A DNA stretch of 63,991 nt, counting the filler, from Babesia bigemina (taxonomy: Eukaryota): the NCBI RefSeq assembly GCF_000981445.1. It is 4 parts of 4 records of this genome, joined end to end, with 100 filler letters (N's around TTAATTAATTAA, not from the genome) between each part and the next. Parts side by side here need not be neighbours in the genome. Positions count along the whole stretch, not along the records: positions 42,817 to 59,457 come from NW_012237337.1; positions 59,558 to 63,991 come from NW_012237342.1; 2 more parts are not named here. One strand, given 5' to 3'. This document shows positions 51,775 to 62,602 of this stretch, piece after piece (position 1 is the first letter of the stretch; each line of letters opens with the position of its first letter). Made by a program: the position numbers and the translations under genes. The notes beneath the pieces were generated by a model. The model ran no database searches, had not been told where the DNA came from, and worked only from the letters and a program-made list of their open reading frames with translations.

Positions 51775-54700
51775 TTGCAGGACATTGAGTCCAAGCTCAT
51801 TAGCCTTGGTCACCTTGCTGGCCAGCTTGGAGGATTTGTTGGTCAAAGTGAGAGTGTTAAGAAAGCCGTTAAGAATGCTATTATCGCTGTTTTTGACACT
51901 AATCAAGACCTTAAAAATGACCTAAAAGATGTTTACTCTTCTCTTGTTACTACCCTTTCTGAGTCTGTCAAGTCTGCTGGCCAGGCTGGTGACACCGCTG
52001 TAATTAGTGAGCTAAAAAGTCAAGTAACTAGTCAAATCACTGAGATTAATATGCAACTTAATAAGCCTAATAACCTTAATTATAACTCTCCTTCTTCCCC
52101 CTCTTCCTCTGCTGAGCTAGCCAAATTGCAGTCCAAGTTGGAGGCTTTGAGGAAAGTGAAGGAGCTTTGTGGATTTTTGACTAATCTTAATAATCAACAA
52201 AATGATCCTAAAAATCTCTTAGAGAATCTTTGCACCGGTCTCGAAACATTCCTCGGCTTCAACGCTCAGTCCAAAGGCTACGATGGCCAGGGCATTGTGT
52301 ACTCTGACTTGGATAGGCTGTGTGACGGGGTGATGGGATTTTTGAGTGGTGTGCTTGGTGCGGTGAAAAACACTCAGACATACAATGTCGGTAAAAATAC
52401 ATTAAATTCGGTAAGTAATGAAATTAACAAACATCTTTGCTCAGGGCACGATGGTTTCACTAAGCTTCTTCCCCGTCTGACTAAAGGGATCGAGAAGTAC
52501 AACACAGAAGTGAGAGAGTCCAATGAGAAAGTCTCGGATCCCATTAAGGAACTCTTAAAATTCACGCATAATGATGGTAAGTTAGTTAAAGACATTAATA
52601 GAATTCAGGCCGAGAAGACTAGCGAATACGAGAGAGTTGAGAAGGCGGAAGCCTTGGTGAGGGAGTGCATGAAGTCGTCGGCAAAATTCTTTGCTAGCCT
52701 CAAAGAGGCCGATGAAAATATCAAACAACTAAACACAGACTGCCAATATAATGTGTACACCGCCAAAAACAATGTGCTATATGAGACGCAAAGGCTGAAG
52801 GACTTTTCCGAGAAGAACAAGGGACAGGGTAAGCGGGTGAAAGGTAAGGAGAAAGAAAAATTAGATGAATTGCTAAAAGCTGTTGAGAATATGCTTCAGA
52901 AACTTGGTAGCGATATAAAAGGCAGAATTGAAAACGATGTGAGAATCCTCGTCAACAAGTTAAAAGATGCAGTGAGTTTGATAATAAAGAAGCTGCAGGA
53001 AATAAGTCAATTGATTGCAAAGTACTACTCTGCGCTGGAAAAGTGGACTGAATTTGCGAAGGGTGATCTCGAAGCGTCACAGAGGAATTTCAATATCATT
53101 TTAAATGAGATTAATGAAGGCAGCGGTTCACATCAATATATTACGCAGGCCAAATCGGCGGCACTCCAAATTGAAAGGGATGCCGTGCAACTGTACGATG
53201 CCGCAGATCACACTAAGAGGGAAGTTGAGAGACTGGTTGAGGAGGTCAAACAGAAGATTCAAAATCTGAATGAGGCGCTTAGAATCGATTTGGGAGTTGT
53301 AAAACAGAATATTCATACTGGGATTTGGACATATGTTAGTAAGTATGTTACAGCGGTACAAAACAAAATTAAAGAAACGATTACAGACCAAGAAGGTTTA
53401 TCAAAGATTGAGACTGCAACAAAGGCGTGGGCGCAAACGTTTAGCGGCACGAGGAATTTCGGCGAAAAAGTTAGAACTTGGATTAAAGAGATTTTGAAGG
53501 AGGATGAGATGGTGAAAGAGAAGTTGAACATTTATGTTGGAAAGGTTCAGCTTGCGCCGCAGTATAAAACGCAAAGCGCATATGGTATTAATGACGGCAT
53601 TACCGAAATGATCGCAAATCAGGTGATTATGAAACTTAAGGAAAACGATGATATTATTGATACAGCTGGTGGCGACGTTGATTCACATATTAAAGGTGAT
53701 GACGGGTCGACGAAAAATATTGAAAAATACGTCACCGCCGTTTACCTGGGTTGTCAACAATTTGCAGGCGGAATCGAGTCAATCATTCATGGTAAAGGAC
53801 AGACAGTTGATGACCCAATGTCCAGGGGAATCAATATATTCGCCGGGGAAATAGCTGAGATAATTGAGCAGCAATTGCAAGTCTCTCATTCCGGCATCAA
53901 CAGATCATACCTTACTGAAGCTGTAAAGCGAATTTTGGCCGCACTTACAATGGCCGCCAACCAGACGGCCGCCGATCTCGAATGGCTCATCGGTGAAAGC
54001 GACGAAGAAGGTAACATAGGTAAGATCGACAATTCGCTTGATGTGCTTGGAAAGCTGAATGCGGGACTTACCACAGCGTTGCTTACTCAATACACCGGTG
54101 GCGGGGACTACGTTTCCACAAAACCTTTCGACACCAAGTCGCGGACGTTGATTGATCTTAATGCCAACATTGAAAAGACCATTGATAAAGAACTTAAGGA
54201 GAAGATCGGAGAAACGGGGAATGATTCGAAAATTCTTGATCTAAAAAAACTCGCAATATACAGTGACGAAAGCGACCGTTACCCAGGCTCAAAGAAGAAA
54301 CTTAACGACGCCGTCACAGCAGTAACCACCGACGGTTTGTCATCTTTGGCAAGCACAATCGGCAACAGTGGTCCTATAAAACGCAATACCTTCGACGAGC
54401 AGTTGCAACACGCCGTTGGTCATCTCGACAATCTATGCACAACAATTAAACGCGCCGGGAGAGATGTCAACTTCTTTTTAGATAGTCTCGGAAAAGGAAA
54501 AATCGACGATGACCTGGCTAAAATTAAGAAAAGCGTTGACACGCTTCACAGCGGTCCGGTGGCGGAAGCCCTCAAAATGGCCCGGGGATTCGCAGACCAC
54601 GCCGACAAGCTACGCATCTCAACCATCACCTCGCTGCACCAACAAGTTGACGAGGAGGTAAAGCAGTCCACAGCCACATTCACCGCTTATGCCCGAAAGC

Positions 54701-57501
54701 AATATGTCTGCTCCATCATGTCGTTCCTCGAGCAGTTCGCCGAGAAGGTAAACGATGAACTAAAAACATTGCCGCAGCAGATCGACACCGACTTGACATT
54801 AGGCTACAAAGGATTCGTAAAAAAGATGGAAACGCATCTCCTGCCGGGACTCACCATACCCCCAAACACCCCGCTCAAGGACGCCGCTTCGACCCTCAAG
54901 GCCAAGCTCACCGCTTTCATGGAACAACTGCAAAATCAAGCGGATTTCAAGAAATCGTTCGAGACCGTCAAACCGTCCCACACTGCGCTCCTCGAGTTAC
55001 TTCAGCAGCTTCACGACTCCAAGCACTTCGGCCACCTCGTCCCTCCCAGGGTCAATGCTCTGCTCGATAGGCTCGGTGAGCTGTCGCCTAAGAAGTACAA
55101 GGAAGAGGCACAACCCATGCTTGACACGCTGAAGGTTGGGTACGGAGCGTTTGCTGAGGAGCTTGACAAGGCCTACGTCTCGGTCTACGACGGCGCTAGC
55201 AATATCAACTGGGAGCAGGAGAATAACCCGGAGACCACATACTGCGCCAAAATACTCCTCACGCTCCTACAGACGCTCTTCGACGGTTTGCATGAGCTTC
55301 GTCAACACTGCGCAATCAAAGCTGCCTGGGAGCACAAAACGATTTCGCTAACCGAAGCTGCGCAACATGGAAATACGATCACCAATCCACTTGGTAGCTT
55401 CTTCAAGCGCTGCGGTTACACTGTCTGCTCAGGCCCGAACAAGCATAACGGTGAGCTGCGGAATACGGCGGAGTGCAGGGGCGGACATATTCACAAGAAG
55501 TTGGATGGAGACATAAGGGGCATTGATGGTCAAACGTACAAGCTTGTTACCGAATACGACGAAAAGAAAGATGAAGAAAGCAAGCAGCAACATGGACTCC
55601 TCAAGAAGCTGTTCGACCACCTCCACGATTACTACAGCGTTCGTCACCTATCCACTTTCTCCGCCAAGACATATCCTACTTCCGTCTACGACATGCTTCA
55701 GTGGCTTTGTGGTCTCACGTACAATCCAGTCCACGAAACGCTCTCACATGACGGATTTAGTGCATTGTTTGAGAAGCCAGAAGATGGCGAAGCCAAGCAT
55801 CATTTAATAGATGATATGCCAGTGGAACTTGAAGACGCAGACTCTTTGGAGGCATATCCACAGAAGATCACAGCAGCGTCCTTGAGTGATGCTCTGGCAG
55901 TGGTATGTCACTACTCACATGACGTGCTCACAACCATTCTAGGCCACGGCCATGGTGACGGTGTATACGCGTGTGAGTTCAACACAAACAACAGAGCTCT
56001 AATGTATCCCAGCAATATGGACACCTTGCTTTGCATGATATGTGACGTCGTCAACCGTCTCTACCGCCAGCTCCACTTCCTATATAACCAGTGCCAATAT
56101 AACACTGAGCTCAGTGGCTGGCTTGATTGCGAATATGGTCAAGGCGTCGGTGGCTCAGGTTGGCGGTGCAACGTCGACCAATGTGCCAACCAAGCGTGCA
56201 ACCAAAACAGTGGGCAAAGAGCCAACCAAAATGGTAACCAAAGAGCTGACCAACGATGCGACCAGCACCCTAAGTGCGGCGTCAAATCTCCATTGCAATC
56301 ATTCCTCGAAGATGGTTTGCAAGGGTTCCTACCGCATCAACTCAAATACGAAAAGGGCAAAGTCGTCTGTTCGGTTAAAGATCATTCCGGCATAGAGTGT
56401 ATCACGCCTTTCGGTTTTTCAAGTATCAGTCATAGGGCATCGCACAGGGCTACGGGGCAACGTATCGTCGATGTGCTTGCTGGTTACTGTGGTAATCAAA
56501 TGTCTCCCCTCACTAGACTCTGCAGCTTATTTAATTGTGTTATTCCTACTCCTCCCAAAACGCTTGGCCAGATGTTTGGCTTCTACTACAGCTTGCTTGT
56601 TGACTGGGATGACAGCAGTAAACGCAATGCCAAACGTGAAGCACATAGAGAGGCAGCATTTAACAAAGCTGTTAGTGACGCCGACTTCGCAAATCCCAAA
56701 ACCACTTTGGACATGACTTCGTTGTTCAGAAGCGGAAAACATAATCCCAGTACAGGCGACCAGAGTAGTACCCATCTTACCGGCGATCTCTATGCTCTTG
56801 TTAAATGCAACGGTAACCCAGCGTCAGATCCATCACACCCGTGCGGCGCATATCTTAGACCGTTATGCTATGATACCTGTGCTATGTTCTCCAAAGAGCA
56901 CGCCGACAAGTACCTTTCATGGATCGTCTACTTGACGGAGACATTCTACACTGCGCTTCAAAAGTTGCTAGAGGACTGCCAGAAAACGTGCGGTGCGGAT
57001 TCTAAGAAGTGCAAAATTGGAAAATGTAAGAAGGATTGCGAAACAAAGGCGAAGCCACTTGCTCCATCCTCGAAACACAGTGACGCCTGCAAATCAATTG
57101 TCGAGTGCGGGTACATTCGTCCTACATTCTTCAGATATGGTTTCATACACAATAACGTTAGCAGTCTCAGCGGTGTATCAGGTGACGCACATAAAAGGAC
57201 CTGCACAGATTTCTGCACATTATTGCAACTTGTGACGAAGGAAGGTAATGTACTTTATAACATCGTAAACAATACCATACCCAATTTCTTCTGGACGATT
57301 AGACAGAAATTCTTCTGGACCATCCTCGCACTCTGGCTCCTCTCTCTCCTCTACCTGCTCCACATCATGGTCATCCGCCTAGACCTGCTCCACATCAAAT
57401 CGCATTTACATAGTCCCTCATCACATCGCATCGCCGCGCAATCACTGCTTGCTGCTGGACGCGTTAACAAGCTTAACAGGGTGTTTTACCTGCAACCATA
57501 A
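51775..57501 (+). CDS. ves: VESA-like antigen, subfamily-2 body, tail type B
   Basis: 1908-codon ORF with all family motifs. Track start is TTG; first in-frame ATG is at 52051. Confidence 0.85.
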   Translation: MQDIESKLISLGHLAGQLGGFVGQSESVKKAVKNAIIAVFDTNQDLKNDLKDVYSSLVTTLSESVKSAGQAGDTAVISELKSQVTSQITEINMQLNKPNNLNYNSPSSPSSSAELAKLQSKLEALRKVKELCGFLTNLNNQQNDPKNLLENLCTGLETFLGFNAQSKGYDGQGIVYSDLDRLCDGVMGFLSGVLGAVKNTQTYNVGKNTLNSVSNEINKHLCSGHDGFTKLLPRLTKGIEKYNTEVRESNEKVSDPIKELLKFTHNDGKLVKDINRIQAEKTSEYERVEKAEALVRECMKSSAKFFASLKEADENIKQLNTDCQYNVYTAKNNVLYETQRLKDFSEKNKGQGKRVKGKEKEKLDELLKAVENMLQKLGSDIKGRIENDVRILVNKLKDAVSLIIKKLQEISQLIAKYYSALEKWTEFAKGDLEASQRNFNIILNEINEGSGSHQYITQAKSAALQIERDAVQLYDAADHTKREVERLVEEVKQKIQNLNEALRIDLGVVKQNIHTGIWTYVSKYVTAVQNKIKETITDQEGLSKIETATKAWAQTFSGTRNFGEKVRTWIKEILKEDEMVKEKLNIYVGKVQLAPQYKTQSAYGINDGITEMIANQVIMKLKENDDIIDTAGGDVDSHIKGDDGSTKNIEKYVTAVYLGCQQFAGGIESIIHGKGQTVDDPMSRGINIFAGEIAEIIEQQLQVSHSGINRSYLTEAVKRILAALTMAANQTAADLEWLIGESDEEGNIGKIDNSLDVLGKLNAGLTTALLTQYTGGGDYVSTKPFDTKSRTLIDLNANIEKTIDKELKEKIGETGNDSKILDLKKLAIYSDESDRYPGSKKKLNDAVTAVTTDGLSSLASTIGNSGPIKRNTFDEQLQHAVGHLDNLCTTIKRAGRDVNFFLDSLGKGKIDDDLAKIKKSVDTLHSGPVAEALKMARGFADHADKLRISTITSLHQQVDEEVKQSTATFTAYARKQYVCSIMSFLEQFAEKVNDELKTLPQQIDTDLTLGYKGFVKKMETHLLPGLTIPPNTPLKDAASTLKAKLTAFMEQLQNQADFKKSFETVKPSHTALLELLQQLHDSKHFGHLVPPRVNALLDRLGELSPKKYKEEAQPMLDTLKVGYGAFAEELDKAYVSVYDGASNINWEQENNPETTYCAKILLTLLQTLFDGLHELRQHCAIKAAWEHKTISLTEAAQHGNTITNPLGSFFKRCGYTVCSGPNKHNGELRNTAECRGGHIHKKLDGDIRGIDGQTYKLVTEYDEKKDEESKQQHGLLKKLFDHLHDYYSVRHLSTFSAKTYPTSVYDMLQWLCGLTYNPVHETLSHDGFSALFEKPEDGEAKHHLIDDMPVELEDADSLEAYPQKITAASLSDALAVVCHYSHDVLTTILGHGHGDGVYACEFNTNNRALMYPSNMDTLLCMICDVVNRLYRQLHFLYNQCQYNTELSGWLDCEYGQGVGGSGWRCNVDQCANQACNQNSGQRANQNGNQRADQRCDQHPKCGVKSPLQSFLEDGLQGFLPHQLKYEKGKVVCSVKDHSGIECITPFGFSSISHRASHRATGQRIVDVLAGYCGNQMSPLTRLCSLFNCVIPTPPKTLGQMFGFYYSLLVDWDDSSKRNAKREAHREAAFNKAVSDADFANPKTTLDMTSLFRSGKHNPSTGDQSSTHLTGDLYALVKCNGNPASDPSHPCGAYLRPLCYDTCAMFSKEHADKYLSWIVYLTETFYTALQKLLEDCQKTCGADSKKCKIGKCKKDCETKAKPLAPSSKHSDACKSIVECGYIRPTFFRYGFIHNNVSSLSGVSGDAHKRTCTDFCTLLQLVTKEGNVLYNIVNNTIPNFFWTIRQKFFWTILALWLLSLLYLLHIMVIRLDLLHIKSHLHSPSSHRIAAQSLLAAGRVNKLNRVFYLQP

Positions 57502-57626
57502 TCGTACTCACGTGTTCACTATCTACACTCACCTAGCATCACCTACTCACCTAACTTATGAATTGTGCTTTAATCTGTTGTATCACTTATTAGTCGTTGT
57601 ATGTGATTGTGTAATACTTAACTAAA

Positions 57627-58260
57627 GTGTTGACCAATGTGGTGACCAAAGTGGTGACTAGAGTGCTGACCAAGGTGCTGACCAATGTGGTGACCAAAGT
57701 GCTGACCAACGTGTTGACCAACGTGTTGACCAATGTGCTGACCAAGGTGCTGACCAATGCCATGACCAGAGTGGTGACCAAAGTGCTGACCAACGTGCTG
57801 ACCAATGTGCTGACCAATGTGCTGACCAATGCCATGACCAACGGGCTGACCAATGCCATGACCAAGCACCTGACCAAAGTGCTGACCAATGTGCTGACCA
57901 ATGCCGTAAACAAAGTGCTGATCAAAGTGGTGACCAAAGTGTTGACCAATGCCACGACCAACGTGTTGACCAACGTGTTGACCAAAGTGCTGACCAATGC
58001 CATGACCAAAGTGCTGACCAACGTGTTGACCAAGGTGCTGACCAATGCCATGACCAGAGTGCTGACCTAAGTGGTGACCAATGTGCTGACCAATGCCATG
58101 ACCAACGTGGTGACCAATGCCATGACCAAGTTTGTGGTTACGGCAGCGATGACATGGTTACTGCAGCGATGACATGGTCACGGCAGCGATGACATGGTCA
58201 CGGCAGCGATGTCTTGGTTTCGGCAGCGATGACATGGTCACGGCAGCGATGACATGGTGA
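57627..58260 (+). repeat. 12-bp array (to ~58130) then 20-bp array
   Basis: Direct periodicity. Confidence 0.94.
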
Positions 58261-58290
58261 CCAAGCACCTGACCTAAGTGGTGATTATCA

Positions 58291-59457
58291 TCCACTCTAC
58301 ACCGCCCCTTTACCCACTCTACATCGCTCCCTAATCCACTCCACATCGCCCCTTTACCCACTCTACATCGCCCCTTTACCCACTCTACATCGCTCCTTAC
58401 TCCACCTTACATCGCCCCTTATCCACTCTACATCGCTCCTTAACCCACTCTACATCGCCCCTTAACCCACTCTACATCGCTCCCTAACCCACTCTACATC
58501 GCTCCTTTATCCACTCTACATCGCTCCCTAACCTACTCTACATCGCCCTTTAACCCACTCCACATCGCCCCTTAACCACCTTACATCGCCCCTTTCTCCA
58601 CTCCACATCGCTCCCTAATCCACTCTACATCGCCCCTTTATCCACTCTACATCGCTCCTTAACCCACTCTACATCGCCCCTTCATCCACTCCACATCGCC
58701 CCTTAACCCACTCCACATCGCTCCCTAACCCACTCTACATCGCTCCCTTACCCACTCTACATCGCCCTTAACCCACTCTACATCGCTCCCTAACCCACCT
58801 TACATCGCCCCTTTATCCACTCTACATCGCTCCCTAACCCACTCCACATCGCTCCCTTATCCACTCTACATCGCTCCCTAACCCACTCTACATCGCCCCT
58901 TAATCCACTCTACATCGCCCCTTAATCCACTCTACATCGCTCCCTAATCCACTCTACATCGCTCCCTAACCCACTCTACATCGCCCCTTAACCCACTCTA
59001 CATCGCCCCTTTGTCCACTCTACATCGCCCCTTTATCCACTCCACATCGCTCCCTAACCCACTCCACATCGCCCCTTAACCCTACCTACATGGCTCCTTT
59101 ACCCACTCTACATCGCTCCCTAACCCACTCTACATCGCTCCCTAACCCACTCTACATCGCTCCCTAACCCACTCTACATCGCTCCCTAACCCACTCTACA
59201 TCGCCCTTTAACCCACTCTACATCGCTCCCTTATCCACTCTACATCGCCCCTTAACCCACTCCACATCGCTCCCTAACCCACTCTACATCGCCCCTTTAT
59301 CCACTCTACATCGCCCCTTTTTCCACTCTACATCGCCCCTTTATCCATTCTACATCGCTCCCAATCCACTCTACATCGCCCCTTTATCCACGCTACATCG
59401 CTCCCTAATCCACTCTACATCGCCCCTTAACCCACTCTACATCGCTCCTTTACCCAC
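58291..59457 (+). repeat. 22-bp satellite
   Basis: Direct periodicity. Confidence 0.97.
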
Positions 59458-59557
59458 NNNNNNNNNNNNNNNNNNNNNNNNNNNNNNNNNNNNNNNNNNN
59501 NTTAATTAATTAANNNNNNNNNNNNNNNNNNNNNNNNNNNNNNNNNNNNNNNNNNNN
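59458..59557. other. Artificial contig linker
   Basis: N44-TTAATTAATTAA-N44. Confidence 0.97.
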
Positions 59558-62423
59558 TCGGGAAAGAAGGAGGCAGCTGAGAGGAGGATCAAGGAGCTGG
59601 AGGAGATAGGAGCATTACTTCTGAAATACAAGCAGAAGGTCCCCCTGGAGAAGGAGGATAGGAAACGCGTTTATCGCCAAATGGACAAGTACAACATGAT
59701 CGCGGACAAGCCGCAGGAACTGTCATACGTGATCAGCAGGACTCAAGAGGAGCTCCAAAAGGAGCAGGACAAACTCAAGAACGCCAAGTTCAAGAAGGAG
59801 TTGTACAACGACAACCGCATGTTCGAGCTCTACACGGGACACTTCTACAGGACACTGGAGAACAAGCAGGACGCGGACGAGTCGGCGATAAACGAGGGGA
59901 TGATGATAGAGTACTGGGCGCAAATGTGGGTGAAGCCAAACGCACCGCACAACGGTGAAGGATATCTGGTCGAAAGACCACCGGCAGAGAACAAGGCAGG
60001 CTTTCCCACATACGAGGAATTCGTCACGATCGTCAAGAAATTGCGAGACTGGAAGTCGCCCGGTGCGGATGGGATCTACAACTACTACATTAAATGGCTC
60101 ACGTCCCTTCACAGAGTCATTTACAGGCTAGTAGAGGAGGTATGCCAGCAAGGCAAAGTGCAGGACGACTGGTTCTACTGTGGGATCACGTACCTACTAC
60201 CGAAGAACAAGAAACCAAAGTCCGCCGCACAGTACAGGCCGATCACTTGCATGTCCAACCTATACAAGCTAACTACCCGTTGTGCCACGGAGACGCTTAA
60301 GCGAGAAGTCGATGGCAGGGGACTACGGTCCGAGAACCAGATGGGCACGAGGAGCAACGTACAGGGTGCAAAGGAGCACGCGTTAGCGAACATCGCGCTC
60401 AACGAGAAGCACAAGGGGAAGTTACTTGCAACGTGGGTCGACGTCATGAAGGCGTACGACTCAATCGACCACGCGTACCTGGCAAGGGTTATCGACAACC
60501 TTAACCTACCAGGGTGGTTATCAAACTTCATCAAGCAGACGATCAAGAGGTGGAATATAGAGATACGGTGGAACAAGAACACAATCATGCACAAGAAAGT
60601 GGAGAGGGGCATTCTCCAAGGCGACAGCCTATCGCCCCTTCTCTTCGTGCTGTGCTTGGACCCGCTGAGCAGGCACCTGACTCGCATCTTCCCCAAGGTG
60701 GAGTTAAGCGTGACCGGCGGCAGGATATTCGCCACAAACCACTTTCTCTATATTGACGACCTCAAGTTCTTCGCCCACGAGGAAAGTACGATGAGAGGAA
60801 TGGGCCGAGAAGTGGAGAAGTTCTTCAACGACATAGGACTCAGGATCAACCGCGACAAGTCGGCAACCAACACGGAGGCGTGCGCCAGCATCGCCAAGCA
60901 GATGGAAGGCCCGGAAACGTACAAGTACTTGGGAGTCACAGAGACTTCAAACTCACTGACAAGCGACGGAATGTTCGACATAATACTACAGGAGATATGC
61001 AGGAGAACGGAGCTACTGGCTGCGTCAAAGCTGTCGGGGAAAAACCTCTCGATGGCCATCAACCAGTACGCCCTCAGCGTCATCAACTACTACATCGGCG
61101 TGATCCCCATGGACATCACGCATTTCGACAAGATCGACCTGGCAGTACGGAGAATAATTAACGCGAAGCACGGACACAAGAAGTGGGCGAACACACAGAG
61201 GCTCTACCTCCCCCGGAAAGAGATGGGGAGAGGGCTCCACAGCATGGTATTTAGAGCGGAAGCCATGCTGCTACGACTGTGGTTGACGCTTTCAGCAGAC
61301 GAGGTGACGTCAACCAGGAGAGCTGCGATCATGCAGCATTTTCGCGACACATACGCGCACATATCTCACATCAAGATGCACCTGGAAGGAAGATATGGAA
61401 TGGAATTCGGAATGGAGGACACTACGGACAAGAGCCTCAGGGACCTCAGGGTGGCCCAAAACAAATGGCTGTACAACAGAATGCACGTAAAATCAACTCA
61501 TAAGGTTCTGTATGCCAAGCGTGAGGACCCCAAGCTGGACATTGAGGCGTCGTCCTTGTACCTGACGTGTGGAATACTCACTCCGGAAGAAGAAGCGAAC
61601 GTAGCGGAAGTCCAGGATAGGAATCTGCAATGGATGTCTTCGTCCAAGAAATGCACAAGATGCAACAACGGCAAGAACGTGGATCACCTCGCGACGAAGT
61701 GCCAGAAACTACTACACCTAGAATATACGAAGAGGCACAACGAGGTAGCAAAACGGGTCCACTCAGTACTCGGGAGGCAAATAGGACTACCCAAGGAGAA
61801 GATAGACGCCCACAAGATCGAGAGTGAAGTACATGGAAAATACGGATGGATCGCGTACGACAAGACGGTCAAGACTCAGAAGACTAAGGAATACAACAGG
61901 CCAGACATCATCCTGGCGGATCGGCGGAGGAACACCATAACCATCGTGGAGATAGGAATCACCAATCAAGACAACCTAGTGGATACGGAGAAGTTCAAGA
62001 AGCAGAAGTATGAAGACCTTATTGAGGACCTCAAGGCGCGACAGTTTAACCAGCACACCAAGATCAGGGTTATCCCCTACGTTATGACGTGGGAGGGAAT
62101 AGTGACAAAGGAGCACAGCAAGTACAGACGGGACCTGGGCATATCGGATCGCATGGAAGCCCACATACAAAGGGTAGTGATCCAAGAAACACATAAAATA
62201 GTGATGAGGGATATGAAGCCGAAAGAAGACTACGATTCCGTAGAAGACCCTCAAGCCCAAACTGGATGGATGCCCGCATGGATGGCACCAGTGACGTCCG
62301 GCAATGGACCGGCGTGGATCCCGCAACCGGTTTCAGCGTGAGGCGTTAGCCCCGCAAACACGAAAACCGGCCCTAGGCACGTAGCCACATAGCACACTAT
62401 AAGATGAGATAACTTAATTTAAC
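59558..62423 (+). mobile_element. Retrotransposon copy 3 (5' end lost in the gap; complete RT including RT0)
   Basis: From 60192 on it is near-identical to 21665-23896, with the same 3' end. Confidence 0.93.
59681..62341 (+). CDS. Retrotransposon RT-CCHC-RLE polyprotein, 5'-partial (frame open back to 59558)
   Basis: WKSPGADGI (RT0), YRPITC, QGDSLSP, YIDD, YKYLG, CCHC, RHN, PD..E, KxxKY. Confidence 0.93.
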   Translation: MDKYNMIADKPQELSYVISRTQEELQKEQDKLKNAKFKKELYNDNRMFELYTGHFYRTLENKQDADESAINEGMMIEYWAQMWVKPNAPHNGEGYLVERPPAENKAGFPTYEEFVTIVKKLRDWKSPGADGIYNYYIKWLTSLHRVIYRLVEEVCQQGKVQDDWFYCGITYLLPKNKKPKSAAQYRPITCMSNLYKLTTRCATETLKREVDGRGLRSENQMGTRSNVQGAKEHALANIALNEKHKGKLLATWVDVMKAYDSIDHAYLARVIDNLNLPGWLSNFIKQTIKRWNIEIRWNKNTIMHKKVERGILQGDSLSPLLFVLCLDPLSRHLTRIFPKVELSVTGGRIFATNHFLYIDDLKFFAHEESTMRGMGREVEKFFNDIGLRINRDKSATNTEACASIAKQMEGPETYKYLGVTETSNSLTSDGMFDIILQEICRRTELLAASKLSGKNLSMAINQYALSVINYYIGVIPMDITHFDKIDLAVRRIINAKHGHKKWANTQRLYLPRKEMGRGLHSMVFRAEAMLLRLWLTLSADEVTSTRRAAIMQHFRDTYAHISHIKMHLEGRYGMEFGMEDTTDKSLRDLRVAQNKWLYNRMHVKSTHKVLYAKREDPKLDIEASSLYLTCGILTPEEEANVAEVQDRNLQWMSSSKKCTRCNNGKNVDHLATKCQKLLHLEYTKRHNEVAKRVHSVLGRQIGLPKEKIDAHKIESEVHGKYGWIAYDKTVKTQKTKEYNRPDIILADRRRNTITIVEIGITNQDNLVDTEKFKKQKYEDLIEDLKARQFNQHTKIRVIPYVMTWEGIVTKEHSKYRRDLGISDRMEAHIQRVVIQETHKIVMRDMKPKEDYDSVEDPQAQTGWMPAWMAPVTSGNGPAWIPQPVSA

Positions 62424-62602
62424 ATAGGAAGAGGTCATAGCGTTAATATAACGAAGTAATTCGAAGGATTTGGAGATAGGGTGAATATGATGGGACACGG
62501 CAGTGGCAAGAGGTGGAAGAGGGGAAGTGAAGGGTGACAAAGCACAAGTTATTATTGTGGTTTAAAGAGGTCATAGCGGTATTATGGCGAGGTGATTCAA
62601 GG
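62424..62602 (-). promoter_or_regulatory. ves leader remnant interrupted by retrotransposon copy 3
   Basis: Matches ~34505-34677. Confidence 0.75.
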
